Shown: positions 1-13,577 of the stretch, in pieces
Position numbering within the stretch: position 1 is the stretch's first letter
How the letters are laid out: each line of letters opens with the position of its first letter
DNA from: the human T2T-CHM13v2.0 reference genome, Homo sapiens
Assembly: GCF_009914755.1 (NCBI RefSeq)
Contig: NC_060935.1
DNA: 64,000 bases
Direction: 5' to 3' (one strand)
Program-made: the position numbers and the translations under genes
Notes under the pieces: generated by a model
The model's database searches: none
The model's input: the letters and a program-made list of their open reading frames with translations, nothing else
Told to the model about the DNA's origin: nothing

Positions 1-892
1 AAAACTGCACACAAAGCACAACTGTAACCTATTTACTGTCTTACGAGTAGATCTTAGATTTTTTTTCCAGAATGTTTAGAAGCACATTTCAGGTTTCCTA
101 AAGACATCTCAAAACTGGAAGTTGAAAAAAAATTTAAGCAATTAGTTTAAGAAAAGGTAACTGAGAGCATTTCATATACTAGAACTACCTCAAAGTAGTC
201 AGAATGTGTGAGAACATAGGGAAGGTGGGGTGGTTCCTGAGAAGAGCGATGAGCAGCTGAGTACAACTCACAGAGAAAGTCCTGCCTGAAGGATTTTCCT
301 GTTGGTACAAGCACCCTGCTCCTCTGGCAGCATCCTCAGCAGAAGTTGGAATCTATGCCTCCTGGAACTTACCTGACATGTGTGGTACTCACAATAAGAA
401 AATGAAGCCATCTTAATCTGAGATAAAAACAAGCTTGAGGTCTCCCTGGACCTGGGTCAGTCCACATTTTGCAAAATTTTGTAAACATGACGTGAAAACC
501 TAAGGTCATGCGCTAAGCCCATGCACTAAGCTGTAAGGGAAACATTATTCCATCGCAATGTTATTTATTTTTAATTTTTACTGGGAGACGTTGAATCATT
601 AACTTGAGAAACACATTTTCTAGATCCACTTATAGTCTAATAATCGAGAATTACAAAATGAGCTAAACCCTTTAACATACTATCCAGTGTGCTTGGTCTA
701 TTGGAGTCCAATTTCTGGATTATTCTTTGTAGTTTGTAGTCATCCTAGACAATGTGTTAATTCTTCAGGCTCTATCAGGCATGGTGTAGGACAAACAGCA
801 AAATATGTTTTTCTGTTATGCTTCCAAATAAAACAGGTGCTAATGACAACTATTTATAAATAACCACTAAAGTGTTTCTTATGTTGTTTTAG

Positions 893-1140
893 GTGTGTGT
901 GTGTATATATATGTATATGTGTATATATGTGTGTGTGTATATATATACATAAACATGTGTTGTATGTATATATATACACACACACTTAAAACACCACACA
1001 CACATATGTGACTCACTTTTTACCATATATACAGATACATGGCAACATATACATATACATATATACATGTGGTATATATGTGTATATATAAATATATATG
1101 GCATACACATAGATACATGTATCTATGTGTGTACATATGG
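893..1140. repeat. Compound (TG/TA/CA)n low-complexity microsatellite
   Basis: Interspersed gtgtgt, tatata and cacaca runs. These explain the spurious ORF 889..1110. Confidence 0.9.
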
Positions 1141-1670
1141 TAAAGAGTGAATCAGACCTGGAAAAACATGAGGAAATTGGCATCATATGTAGCGCATTCC
1201 TTTTGTATGGACTGAAATGGAAGTCAACTAGAATATAGTTACCTTAAATGTTTGTCCTCACTATTTCAACTGAAATTTTGTGGCAGTTCTGCTAGAGTTT
1301 GGTCTACATCAAATCTTAACTATCATCTTAATTAAGAAAATCATCATGTTTATTGCATTATGGTAGCTTCTCCACTGTTCCAGCTTCTAGACCTCTGAGA
1401 CTTGTTCACAAGTGGATTCAAAAAACAATAATAAAATTGAGGATCTTATTTATGCTCTACATGAGTTATTATACAGTGATTCAAATTTAATCACATGGAT
1501 GATTAAAATAGGCTCTCAATTTCTGTTGAGCAATTTCAATTTCACTCTTTTCTTGGTAAATAAACAAACACATCAAACTACTGGTTTGGAGTGGGCTGTA
1601 AGCGAGACTCTGGTGACATCAGAATGAATAATACACATTTTCCATTCTCATAAGGATATATGCTGATTTA

Positions 1671-1878
1671 CTGCAATTCTCAACTTTTCTATTCTTAAGA
1701 CTTCTTTATACTCTGAAAAATTATTGAGGACTGTAAATAAATTTTATTTATGTGGTTTATAATTATGGATGTTTATTATATTAGAAACTTCAATTGAGAT
1801 ATTTTATTAAAATATTTAAATAACAATAAATCCATTAAAAATTAACATAAAAACACATTGTTGTGAAAAACGACATTT
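1671..1878. mobile_element. Charlie1-family (hAT-Charlie) terminal fragment
   Basis: 'ctgcaattctcaactttt...ttctttatactctgaaaaattattgaggac...tatgtggtttata' resembles the recalled Charlie1 end (CAGTGGTTCTCAA...CTTTACACTCTTAAAAATTATTGAGGAC). Confidence 0.55.
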
Positions 1879-1879
1879 T

Positions 1880-2512
1880 AAAACTTTTAAGTACATGGAC
1901 TCATAACATAAGGGTTTGTTGTATAGATTATTTCATCACCAGGGTATTAAACCTAGTACCCATTAGTTATTTTTCCTGATCCTCTCCTTCCTCCCACCTT
2001 CCACCCTCAGGTAAACCCCAGTATCTATCACTTCCCTCTATGTGTCCATTTGTTCTCATCACTTCAATTCCATTTATAAGTAGGAACATGTGGGATTTGA
2101 TTTTCTGTTCTTCTGTTAGTTTGCTAAGAATAATGGCCTCCGGCTCCATGTATGTTCCCGCAAAAAACATTATCTCATTTTCTTGTGGCTGCCTAGTATT
2201 CCATGGTGTATATGTGCCTTATTTTCTCTATCCAGTCTACCATTGATGGGCATTTAAGTTGATTCCATGTCTTTGCTATTGTGAACAGTGCTGCAATGAA
2301 CATACATACGCACGTGCCTTTATGATAGAATGATTTATATTCCTTTGAATATATATCCAGTAATGTGATTCCTGGGTTGAATGGTAGTTGTGTTTTTAGC
2401 TCTTTTAGGAATTGCCATGCTGCTTTTCACAGAGGTTGAACTATTGTATACTGCCACCAACAGTATATAAGAATTCCTTTTTCTTCACAACTTCATCAGC
2501 ATCTGTTATTTT
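1880..2512 (-). mobile_element. L1PA13-like LINE-1, 3' end (host of the young L1)
   Basis: The 3'UTR 'gtttgttgtatagattatttcatcacc...ctagtacccattagttatttttcctgatcc' is L1PA13-type. ORF 1967..2170 gives an ORF2 C-terminal remnant (IILSKLTEEQKIK). Confidence 0.8.
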
Positions 2513-2732
2513 TTGAATTTTTTTTTTATTATACTTTAAGTTTTAGGGTACATGTGCACATTGTGCAGGTTAGTTACATATGTATACATGTGCCATGCTG
2601 GTGCGCTACACCCACTAACTCGTCATCTAGCATTAGGTATATCTCCCAATGCTATCCCGCCCCCCTCCCCCCACCCCACCACAGTCCCCAGAGTGTGATA
2701 TTCCCCTTCCTGTGTCCATGTGATCTCATTGT

Positions 2733-6582
<3,850 letters not shown>

Positions 6583-6618
6583 TTAGTTGATGCAGTTTCT
6601 TCCTAGTCTCGATGGTCT

Positions 6619-7635
6619 TTACATTTTGGCATGATTTTGCAGTGGCTGGTACCAGTTGTTCCTTTCCATGTTTAGTGCTTCCTTCAGGAGCTCTTTTAGG
6701 GCAGGCCTGCTGGTGACAAAATCTCTCAGCATTTGCTTGTCTGTAAAGTATTTTATTTCTCCTTCACTTGTGAAGCTTAGTTTGGCTGGATATGAAATTC
6801 TGGGTTGAAAATTCTTTTCTTTAAGAATGTTGAATATTGGCCCCCACTCTCTTCTGGCTTGTAGGGTTTCTGCCGAGAGATCCGCTGTTAGTCTGATGGG
6901 CTGCCCTTTGAGGGTAACCCGACCTTTCTCTCTGGCTGCCCTTAACATTTTTTCCTTCATTTCAACTTTGGTGAATCTGACAATTATATGTCTTGGAGTT
7001 GCTCTTCTCGAGGAGTATCTTTGTGGCGTTCTCTGTATTTCCTGAATCTGAATGTTGGCCTGCCTTGCTGGATTGGGGAAGTTCTCCTGGATAATATCCT
7101 GCAGAGTGTTTTCCAACTTGGTTCCATTCTCTGCATCACTTTCAGGTACACCAATCAGACGTAGATTTGGTCTTTTCACATAGTCCCATATTTCTTGGAG
7201 GCTTTGCTCATTTCTTTTTATTCTTTTTTCTCTAAACTTCCCTTCTTGCTTCATTTCATTCATTTCATCTTCCATTGCTGATACCCTTTCTTCCAGTTGA
7301 TCGCATCGGCTCCTGAGGCTTCTGCATTCTTCACGTAGTTCTCGAGCCTTGGTTTTCAGCTCCGTCAGCTCCTTTAAGCACTTCTCTGTATTGGTTATTC
7401 TAGTTATACATTCTTCTAAATTTTTTTCAAAGTTTTCAACTTCTTTGCCTTTGGTTTGAATGTCCTCCCGTAGCTCAGAGTAATTTGATCGTCTGAAGCC
7501 TTCTTCTCTCAGCTCGTCAAAGTCATTCTCCATCCAGCTTTGTTCCGTTGCTGGTGAGGAACTGCATTCCTTTGGAGGAGGAGAGGCGCTCTGCGTTTTA
7601 GAGTTTCCAGTTTTTCTGTTCTGTTTCTTCCCCAT
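6619..7635 (-). CDS. ORF1: L1 ORF1p, intact 338 aa RNA-binding/chaperone protein
   Basis: MGKKQNRKTG...QNHAKM has the canonical length. REKG, RR261-262, YPAKLS and the S18/S27/T203/T213-Pro sites are retained. Confidence 0.97.
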   Translation of the reverse strand: MGKKQNRKTGNSKTQSASPPPKECSSSPATEQSWMENDFDELREEGFRRSNYSELREDIQTKGKEVENFEKNLEECITRITNTEKCLKELTELKTKARELREECRSLRSRCDQLEERVSAMEDEMNEMKQEGKFREKRIKRNEQSLQEIWDYVKRPNLRLIGVPESDAENGTKLENTLQDIIQENFPNPARQANIQIQEIQRTPQRYSSRRATPRHIIVRFTKVEMKEKMLRAAREKGRVTLKGQPIRLTADLSAETLQARREWGPIFNILKEKNFQPRISYPAKLSFTSEGEIKYFTDKQMLRDFVTSRPALKELLKEALNMERNNWYQPLQNHAKM

Positions 7636-8539
7636 CTTTGTGGTTTTATCTGCTTTTGGTCTTTGATGATGGTGATGTACAGATGGGTTTTCGGTGTGGA
7701 TGTCCTTTCTGTTTGTTAGTTTTCCTTCTAACAGACAGGACCCTCAGCTGCAGGTCTGTTGGAATACCCTGCCGTGTGAGGTGTCAGTGTGCCCCTGCTG
7801 GGGGGTGCCTCCCAGTTAGGCTGCTCGGGGGTCAGGGGTCAGGGACCCACTTGAGGCAGTCTGCCCGTTCTCAGATCTCCAGCTGCATGCTGGGAGAACC
7901 ACTGCTCTCTTCAAAGCTGTGAGACAGGGACATTTAAGTCTGCAGAGGTTACTGCTGTCTTTTTGTTTGTCTGTGCCCTGCCCCCAGAGGTGGAGCCTAC
8001 AGAGGCAGGCAGGCCTCCTTGAGCTGTGGTGGGCTCCACCCAGTTGGAGCTTCCCGGCTGCTTTGTTTACCTAAGCAAGCCTGGGCAATGGCGGGCGCCC
8101 CTCCCCCAGCCTCGCTGCCGCCTTGCAGTTTGTTCTCAGACTGCATTGCTAGCAATCAGCGAGATTCCGTGGGCGTAGGACCCTCTGAGCCAGGTGTGGG
8201 ATATAGTCTCGTGGTGCGCTGTTTTTTAAGCCGGTCTGAAAAGCGCAATATTCGGGTAGGAGTGACCCGATTTTCCAGGTGCGTTCGTCGCCCCTTTCTT
8301 TGACTTGGAAAGGGAACTCCCTGACCCCTTGCGCTTCCCAGGTGAGTCAATGCCTCGCCCTGCTTCGGCTTGCACATGGTGCGTGCACCCACTGGCCTGC
8401 GCCCACTGTCTGGCACTCCCTAGTGAGATGAACCCGGTACCTCAGATGGAAATGCAGAAATCACCCATCTTCTGCGCCGCTCACGCTGGGAGCTGTAGAC
8501 CGGAGCTTTTCCTATTCGGCCATCTTGGCTCCTCCTCCC
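7636..8539 (-). promoter_or_regulatory. L1 5'UTR internal sense promoter and antisense promoter, with intact YY1 site
   Basis: The region is CpG-rich relative to its flanks. YY1 motif CAAGATGGCCG lies at 8517-8527 (-). The ~904-nt length is consistent with the L1PA2/L1HS UTR lacking the 129-bp ZNF93 segment. Confidence 0.85.
8088..8303 (+). CDS. ORF0: L1 ORF0 (antisense, 71 aa)
   Basis: gcaATGg Kozak at 8088, then MAGAPPPASLPPCSL...RFSRCVRRPFL-stop. Donor sites cag|gtgtg (8193/8194) and cag|gtgcg (8278/8279) are present. Confidence 0.9.
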   Translation: MAGAPPPASLPPCSLFSDCIASNQRDSVGVGPSEPGVGYSLVVRCFLSRSEKRNIRVGVTRFSRCVRRPFL

Positions 8540-8549
8540 TTGAATTTTT

Positions 8550-9261
8550 AATAGTAGCCATTCTCACTGTTGTGAGATGATGTTTTACTGTGGTTTTGAT
8601 TTGCATTTCTCTAATGATTGTGATGTTGAGCTTTTTTTCATATGTTTCTTGGCAGCGTGTATGTCTTCTTTTGATAAGTGTCTGTTCTCGTCCTTTGTCC
8701 ACATTTTAATGGGTTTGGTTGTTTTCTTGTAAATTTGTTTAGGCTCCTTATAGATGCTGGGTATTAGACCTTTACCAAATGAATAGTTTTCAAAATCTTT
8801 CTCCCATTCTATAGGTCATCTGTTTACTCTTTTGATAGTTTCTTTTGCAGTGTGAGTAGCTTTAGTTTAATGAGGTTCAATTTGTTAATTTTTTCTCTTG
8901 ATGAGAAATTTTTTCATCATAAAATCTTTGCCCATTCCTGTGTCCTAGTATTGCCTATGAGGTTGTTTTCTAAGGTTTTTATATAATAGTTTTGAGTTTT
9001 ACATTAAATCTTTGATCCATCTTGATCTGATTTTTTTATATGGTATAAGAAAGAAGTTCAGTTTCAATCTTCTGCGTATGGCTAGCCAGTTATACCATCA
9101 CCACTTATTGAATAGGGAGCCCTTTGCCAATTGCTTGTTTTTGGCAGCTTTGTCAAAGATCAAATGGTTGTAGGTAGCCTTATTTCTGGGTCTCTATTCT
9201 GTTCCATTGGTGTATGTGTCTGTTCTTGTACCAGTACAATGCTGTTTTGGTTACTCTAGTC
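8550..9261 (-). mobile_element. L1PA13-like host element, ORF2 3' part (continuation)
   Basis: After removing one TSD copy it joins seamlessly to 2512 (ttattttttgaatttttaatagtagccattct). ORF 8481..8702 shows [10 protein letters not shown]...HLT. Confidence 0.85.
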
Positions 9262-9405
9262 TTTTTTTTTTTTTTTTTTTTTTGAGATAGTCTCACTCTG
9301 TCACCCAGACTGGAGTGTACAGTGTCATGATCTTGGCTCACTGCAACCTCCGCCTCCCAGGTTCAAGCAATTCTGCCTCAGTCTACAGAGTAGCTGGGAC
9401 TACAG
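9262..9405 (-). mobile_element. Truncated Alu (poly(A) plus part of right arm)
   Basis: A T-run followed by gagatagtctcactctgtcacccagactggag...agctgggactacagg. It stops mid-element and no TSD is seen. Confidence 0.9.
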
Positions 9406-9415
9406 GAACAGGAGC

Positions 9416-9810
9416 TGGCTTGTAGAGTTTCTGCTAAGAGTTCTTCTGTTAGTGTGATGGGTTTCCCTTTGTAGGTGATCTACAATGGGAAGGTAATTTA
9501 ACATTTTTTATTTCATTTTACCCTCTAGAATCTGAAGATTATGTGTATTCAAGATGGCCTTCTTGTGAAATATCTTACTGGAGTTCTCTGCATTTTCTGA
9601 CTTTGAATATTGACTTCTCTAGCTATGTTTGGGAAGGTCTCATGGATGATATCCTAAAATATGCGTTCCAAGTTGCTTCCATTCTTCCCATCTCTTCCAG
9701 GAACATCAATGAGTAGATTCTATCTCTTTTCACAATCCCATATTTCTTAGAGGTTTTGTTAATTCCTTTTTGTTCTTTGTTCTTTATTCTTGTCTGTCTT
9801 ATTTCAGAAA
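9416..9810 (-). mobile_element. L1 ORF1-region fragment (probably the same L1PA13-like host)
   Basis: 'ctggcttgtagagtttctgctaagag...' is homologous to ORF1 antisense at 6854-7260. Confidence 0.75.
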
Positions 9811-10399
9811 TTTTAAAACTATACTAAGGTCTCAATATCTTAATCTACTCTCATAAACAGCATAGTCAATATTTTAGTATATTTGGAGTTATTTCTAAAT
9901 TGAAAAGTATTGGTTTATCAAATGCCTAGGAAGCCTTCTTATTTGAAGCTCAGTTTCTTCAAATGAACAATCAAATATTTCATCCAAAAGAGAAATGTAT
10001 GTTTTGATAAAATATGAACAAAAGATGACCCTTGATAAAGGCATTTTATTACTTAGAAAGCCAATATTTCTTTGCTGTAATTTTTAGAAGATATATTCTT
10101 ATTAGAAAAAGGCATTTTTCTTAATAATATACATTATGGCTAATTGTAATAGAGAAATAGAAAATTACTGAAAAAATTCAGTTGTTGCTTGTCTATAGAC
10201 AAATAGAAGCAATAAAATACAATAATATTTTTTCCTCTTCTTTCTTAGGACCATATCTAAAAAGAGCATGTTTTCTGGCATATTTTTCATTATTCAGGAG
10301 TTTTTGAAATATGGTCTAACTTTTGAAAAATCAGTATAATAAAAGCCCTGTCATTTCAAACCATCTGGAACCAGTTTCCTTATTTACTTTTTCTTTACC

Positions 10400-11479
10400 A
10401 GTGCACTTTATTTCTTCATTTGATCTTAAGTTTTTGTATAGTATTCTCTTATTTCACTATAAAGGATTCCTTTAATATTTCTTATACGGCAAGTCTGTTA
10501 GCAATACATTCTCTCAAGTTTTGTTTATATGGGAATTTCTTAATTTATCTTTCATTTTTGAAATATGGTTTTATCAGATATAAAATTATTGGTTAATAGT
10601 CTTTTCTTTCAGCATTTTGTGTATATCATACCGCTGCTTCCTAGCCTCCATTTTTTTTATGAAAAGTCAACAGTTAATCTTATTGATGATTCCTTATATT
10701 TGATGAGCTATTTTTCTCTTATTGTTTTCAAGATTCTCTCTTGTTTTTGTCTTTCAATAATTTGAATGATGATTCTAGGTGGGATCCCTCTGAATTTACC
10801 CTATTTACATGTGAAACTTCTTGTTTTTTTAATCTTTATTTTAAGTTCAGGGGTACATGTGCAGATTTGTTACATGATTGTTTAGACTAAGATATTTAAT
10901 CAAAATTTGGAAATTTTCAGCCATTAATTCTTCAAATATTTTTTCTTTCTCTTTGTCCTCTCCTCCTGTAACTCCAATTATGCACATATTGGCATGGTTA
11001 TGGTTTCTGACAAAGCTCAGAGACTGTGTTTATTTTGTTTGTTTTATTCCTTCTGCCACTGAAAATGGATAATCTCAACTTACCTAACTTCAAGTTTATT
11101 GATACTTCTGAGAAGTCAAATCTTTTGTTGAGCCCCTCTAGTGAATTTTTTATTTTAGTTATGATAATTTTTAACTCTAGAATTTCTATTTGGTTCTTTT
11201 CTATAATCTTTATCCCTTTACTTTTATTCTCCATTTGGAAAGACATTATTTGAAGACTGTCCTTTAGTTCTTGAAAAACTGTTTCCTTGAGTTCTTTGAA
11301 TATACTTATAATAGTTGATTTAAAGCCCTTGCCTAGGAAGTCCCAGATTGACGCTATCTTACAGACTATTTCTATTAACATTTTAAATAATATGGATATG
11401 TAAATGCTGGAAATAAGACATCTTTTCCCCTCTGGATTTTACTGTTGTGGTTGTCTGTTCTTGTTGCTGTTTATTTATT
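10400..11479 (-). mobile_element. Ancient L1M/L1MC ORF1 and 5' region
   Basis: ORF 10998..11381 encodes an L1M-type coiled coil (NQIEILELK...KNSLEGLNKRF). The element continues beyond 17620. Confidence 0.7.
10827..10877 (-). mobile_element. ~50-bp severely 5'-truncated L1PA/PB 3' tip
   Basis: ttttattttaagttcaggggtacatgtgcagatttgttacat, flanked by TTGTTT at 10821-10826 and 10878-10883. Confidence 0.65.
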
Positions 11480-12491
11480 TAATAATTTTTCAAGTCGCTT
11501 CCAAGATGGCCAAACAAGAACAGCTCAGATCTACAGCTTCCAGTGAGATCAGTGCAGAAGATGGGTGATTTCTGCATTTCCAACTAAGGTACCTGATTCA
11601 TCTCATTGGAACTGATTAGACAGTGGGTGCAGCCCACGGAGGGTGAGCTGAAGCAGGGTGGGGCATCGCCTCACCCAGGAAGCACAAGGGGTAGGGGGAT
11701 TTTCCTTTCCTAGCCAAGGGAAGTGGTGAGTGGCTGTAGGAGCAATACACTCCTGCTCAAATACTACGCTTTTCCAAAGGTCTTTGCCGCCAGCAAAGCA
11801 GGAGACTTCCTCCCTTGCCTGGCTCAGTGGGTCCCATGCACACAGAGCCTTGCTCACTGGAGCCTGGCTGGGGGAGGGGTGTCAGCCATTGCTGAGGATT
11901 GAGTTGGCAGTTCTATAATCACAGTGTAAACAATGTGGCAAGGAAGCTCAAACTGGGCAGAGCCCACTTCAGCTCAGCAAGGCCTACGGCCTCTCTAGAT
12001 TCCACCTCTAGGGGTAGGGCATATCTGAACAAAAGGCAGCAGACACCTTCTCCAGACTGAAACGTCCCTGTCTGACAGCTCTGAAGAGAGTAGTGGTTCT
12101 CCCAGCACTGTGTTCGAGCTCTGATAACATACAGACTGCCTCTTCAAGTGGGTCCCTGAACCCTGTGTTGCCTGACTGGGAGACACCTCCCAGTAGGGGC
12201 CAACAGACACCTCGTACAGGAGGGTGCCCCTGGGGGACAAAACTTCCAGAGGAAGGATCAGGCAGCAATATTTGCTGTTCTGCAGCCTCCACTGGTGATA
12301 CCCAGGCAAACAGGGTCTGAAGTGGTCCTCCAGCAAACACCAAAAAACCTGCGGCTGAGGGACCTGTCTGTTAGAAGGAAAACTAACAATCAGAAAGGAA
12401 TAGCATCAACATCAACAAAAAGGACATCCACACCAAAACCCCATCCATAGGTCACCAACATCAAAGACCAAAGGTACATAAAACCACAAAG

Positions 12492-13514
12492 ATGGGGAGA
12501 AACCAGAGCAGAAAGGCTGAAAATTCAAAAAATGAGAATGCTTCTTCTCCAAAGGAACACAACTCCTTGCCACCAAGGGCACAAAACTAGATGGAGAATG
12601 AGTTTGATGAGCTGACAGAAGTGAGCTTCAGAAGGTTGATAATAACAAACTTCTCTGAGCTAAAGGAGCGTGTTCTAACCCATTGCAAGGAAGCTAAAAA
12701 CCTTGAAAAATGGTTAAAAGAATGGCTACCTAGAATAATCAGTGTAGAGAAGAGCTTAAATGACCTGATGAAGCTGAAAACTACAGTATGAGAACTGCAT
12801 GAAGCATACACAAGCTTCAATAGCCAATTCAATCAAGCAGAAGAAAGGATATCAGTGATTGAAGATCAAATTAAGGAAATAAAGCAAGAAGATAATATTA
12901 GAGAAGAAAGAGTGAAAAGAAAGTAACAAAGCCTTCAAGAAATATGGGACTATGTGAAAAGACCAAATCTACGTTTGATTGGTATACCTGACAGTGACGG
13001 GGAGAATGGAACCAAGTTAGAAAACACTCTTCAGGATATTATTTAGGAGAACTTCCCCAACCTAGCAAGGCAGGCCAACGTTCTAATTCAGGAAATACAG
13101 AGAACACCACAAAGATACTCCTCAAGAAGAGCAACCCAAGACACATAATTGTCAGATTCACCAAGGTTGAAATGAAGGAAAAAATTTTAAGGGCAGCCAG
13201 AGAGAAAGGTCGGGTTACCCACAAAGGGAAGCCCATCAGACTAACAGCAGATTTCTCTGCAGGAACCCTACAGGACAGAAGAGAGTGGGGGGCCAATATT
13301 CAACATTCTTAAAGAAAAGAATTTTCAACCCAGAATTTCATATCAGACCAAACTAAGTTTCATAAGTGAAAGAGAAATAAAATCCTTTACAGACAAGCAA
13401 ATGCTGAGAGATTTTGTTACCACCAGGTCTGCCTTACAAAAGCTCCTGAAGGAAGCACTAAACATGGACAGGAACAACCGGTACCAGCCACTGCAAAAAC
13501 ATACCAAACTGTAA
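12492..13514 (+). pseudogene. ORF1: L1 ORF1 remnant
   Basis: atggggagaaaccag start and MENEFDELTE fragment (12591..12791), with several stops and frameshifts. Confidence 0.85.
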
Positions 13515-13577
13515 AGACCATTGACACTATGAAGAAACTGCATCAATTAACAGGCGAAATAAACAGCTAGCATCATA

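Noticed and set aside
889-1110. 73-aa ORF rich in Y/I/H/C
   Set aside because: It is the translation of a dinucleotide microsatellite.
1412-1627. 71-aa ORF in non-repetitive DNA
   Set aside because: It has a GTG start, no recognisable domain and no convincing splice sites, and its length is expected by chance.
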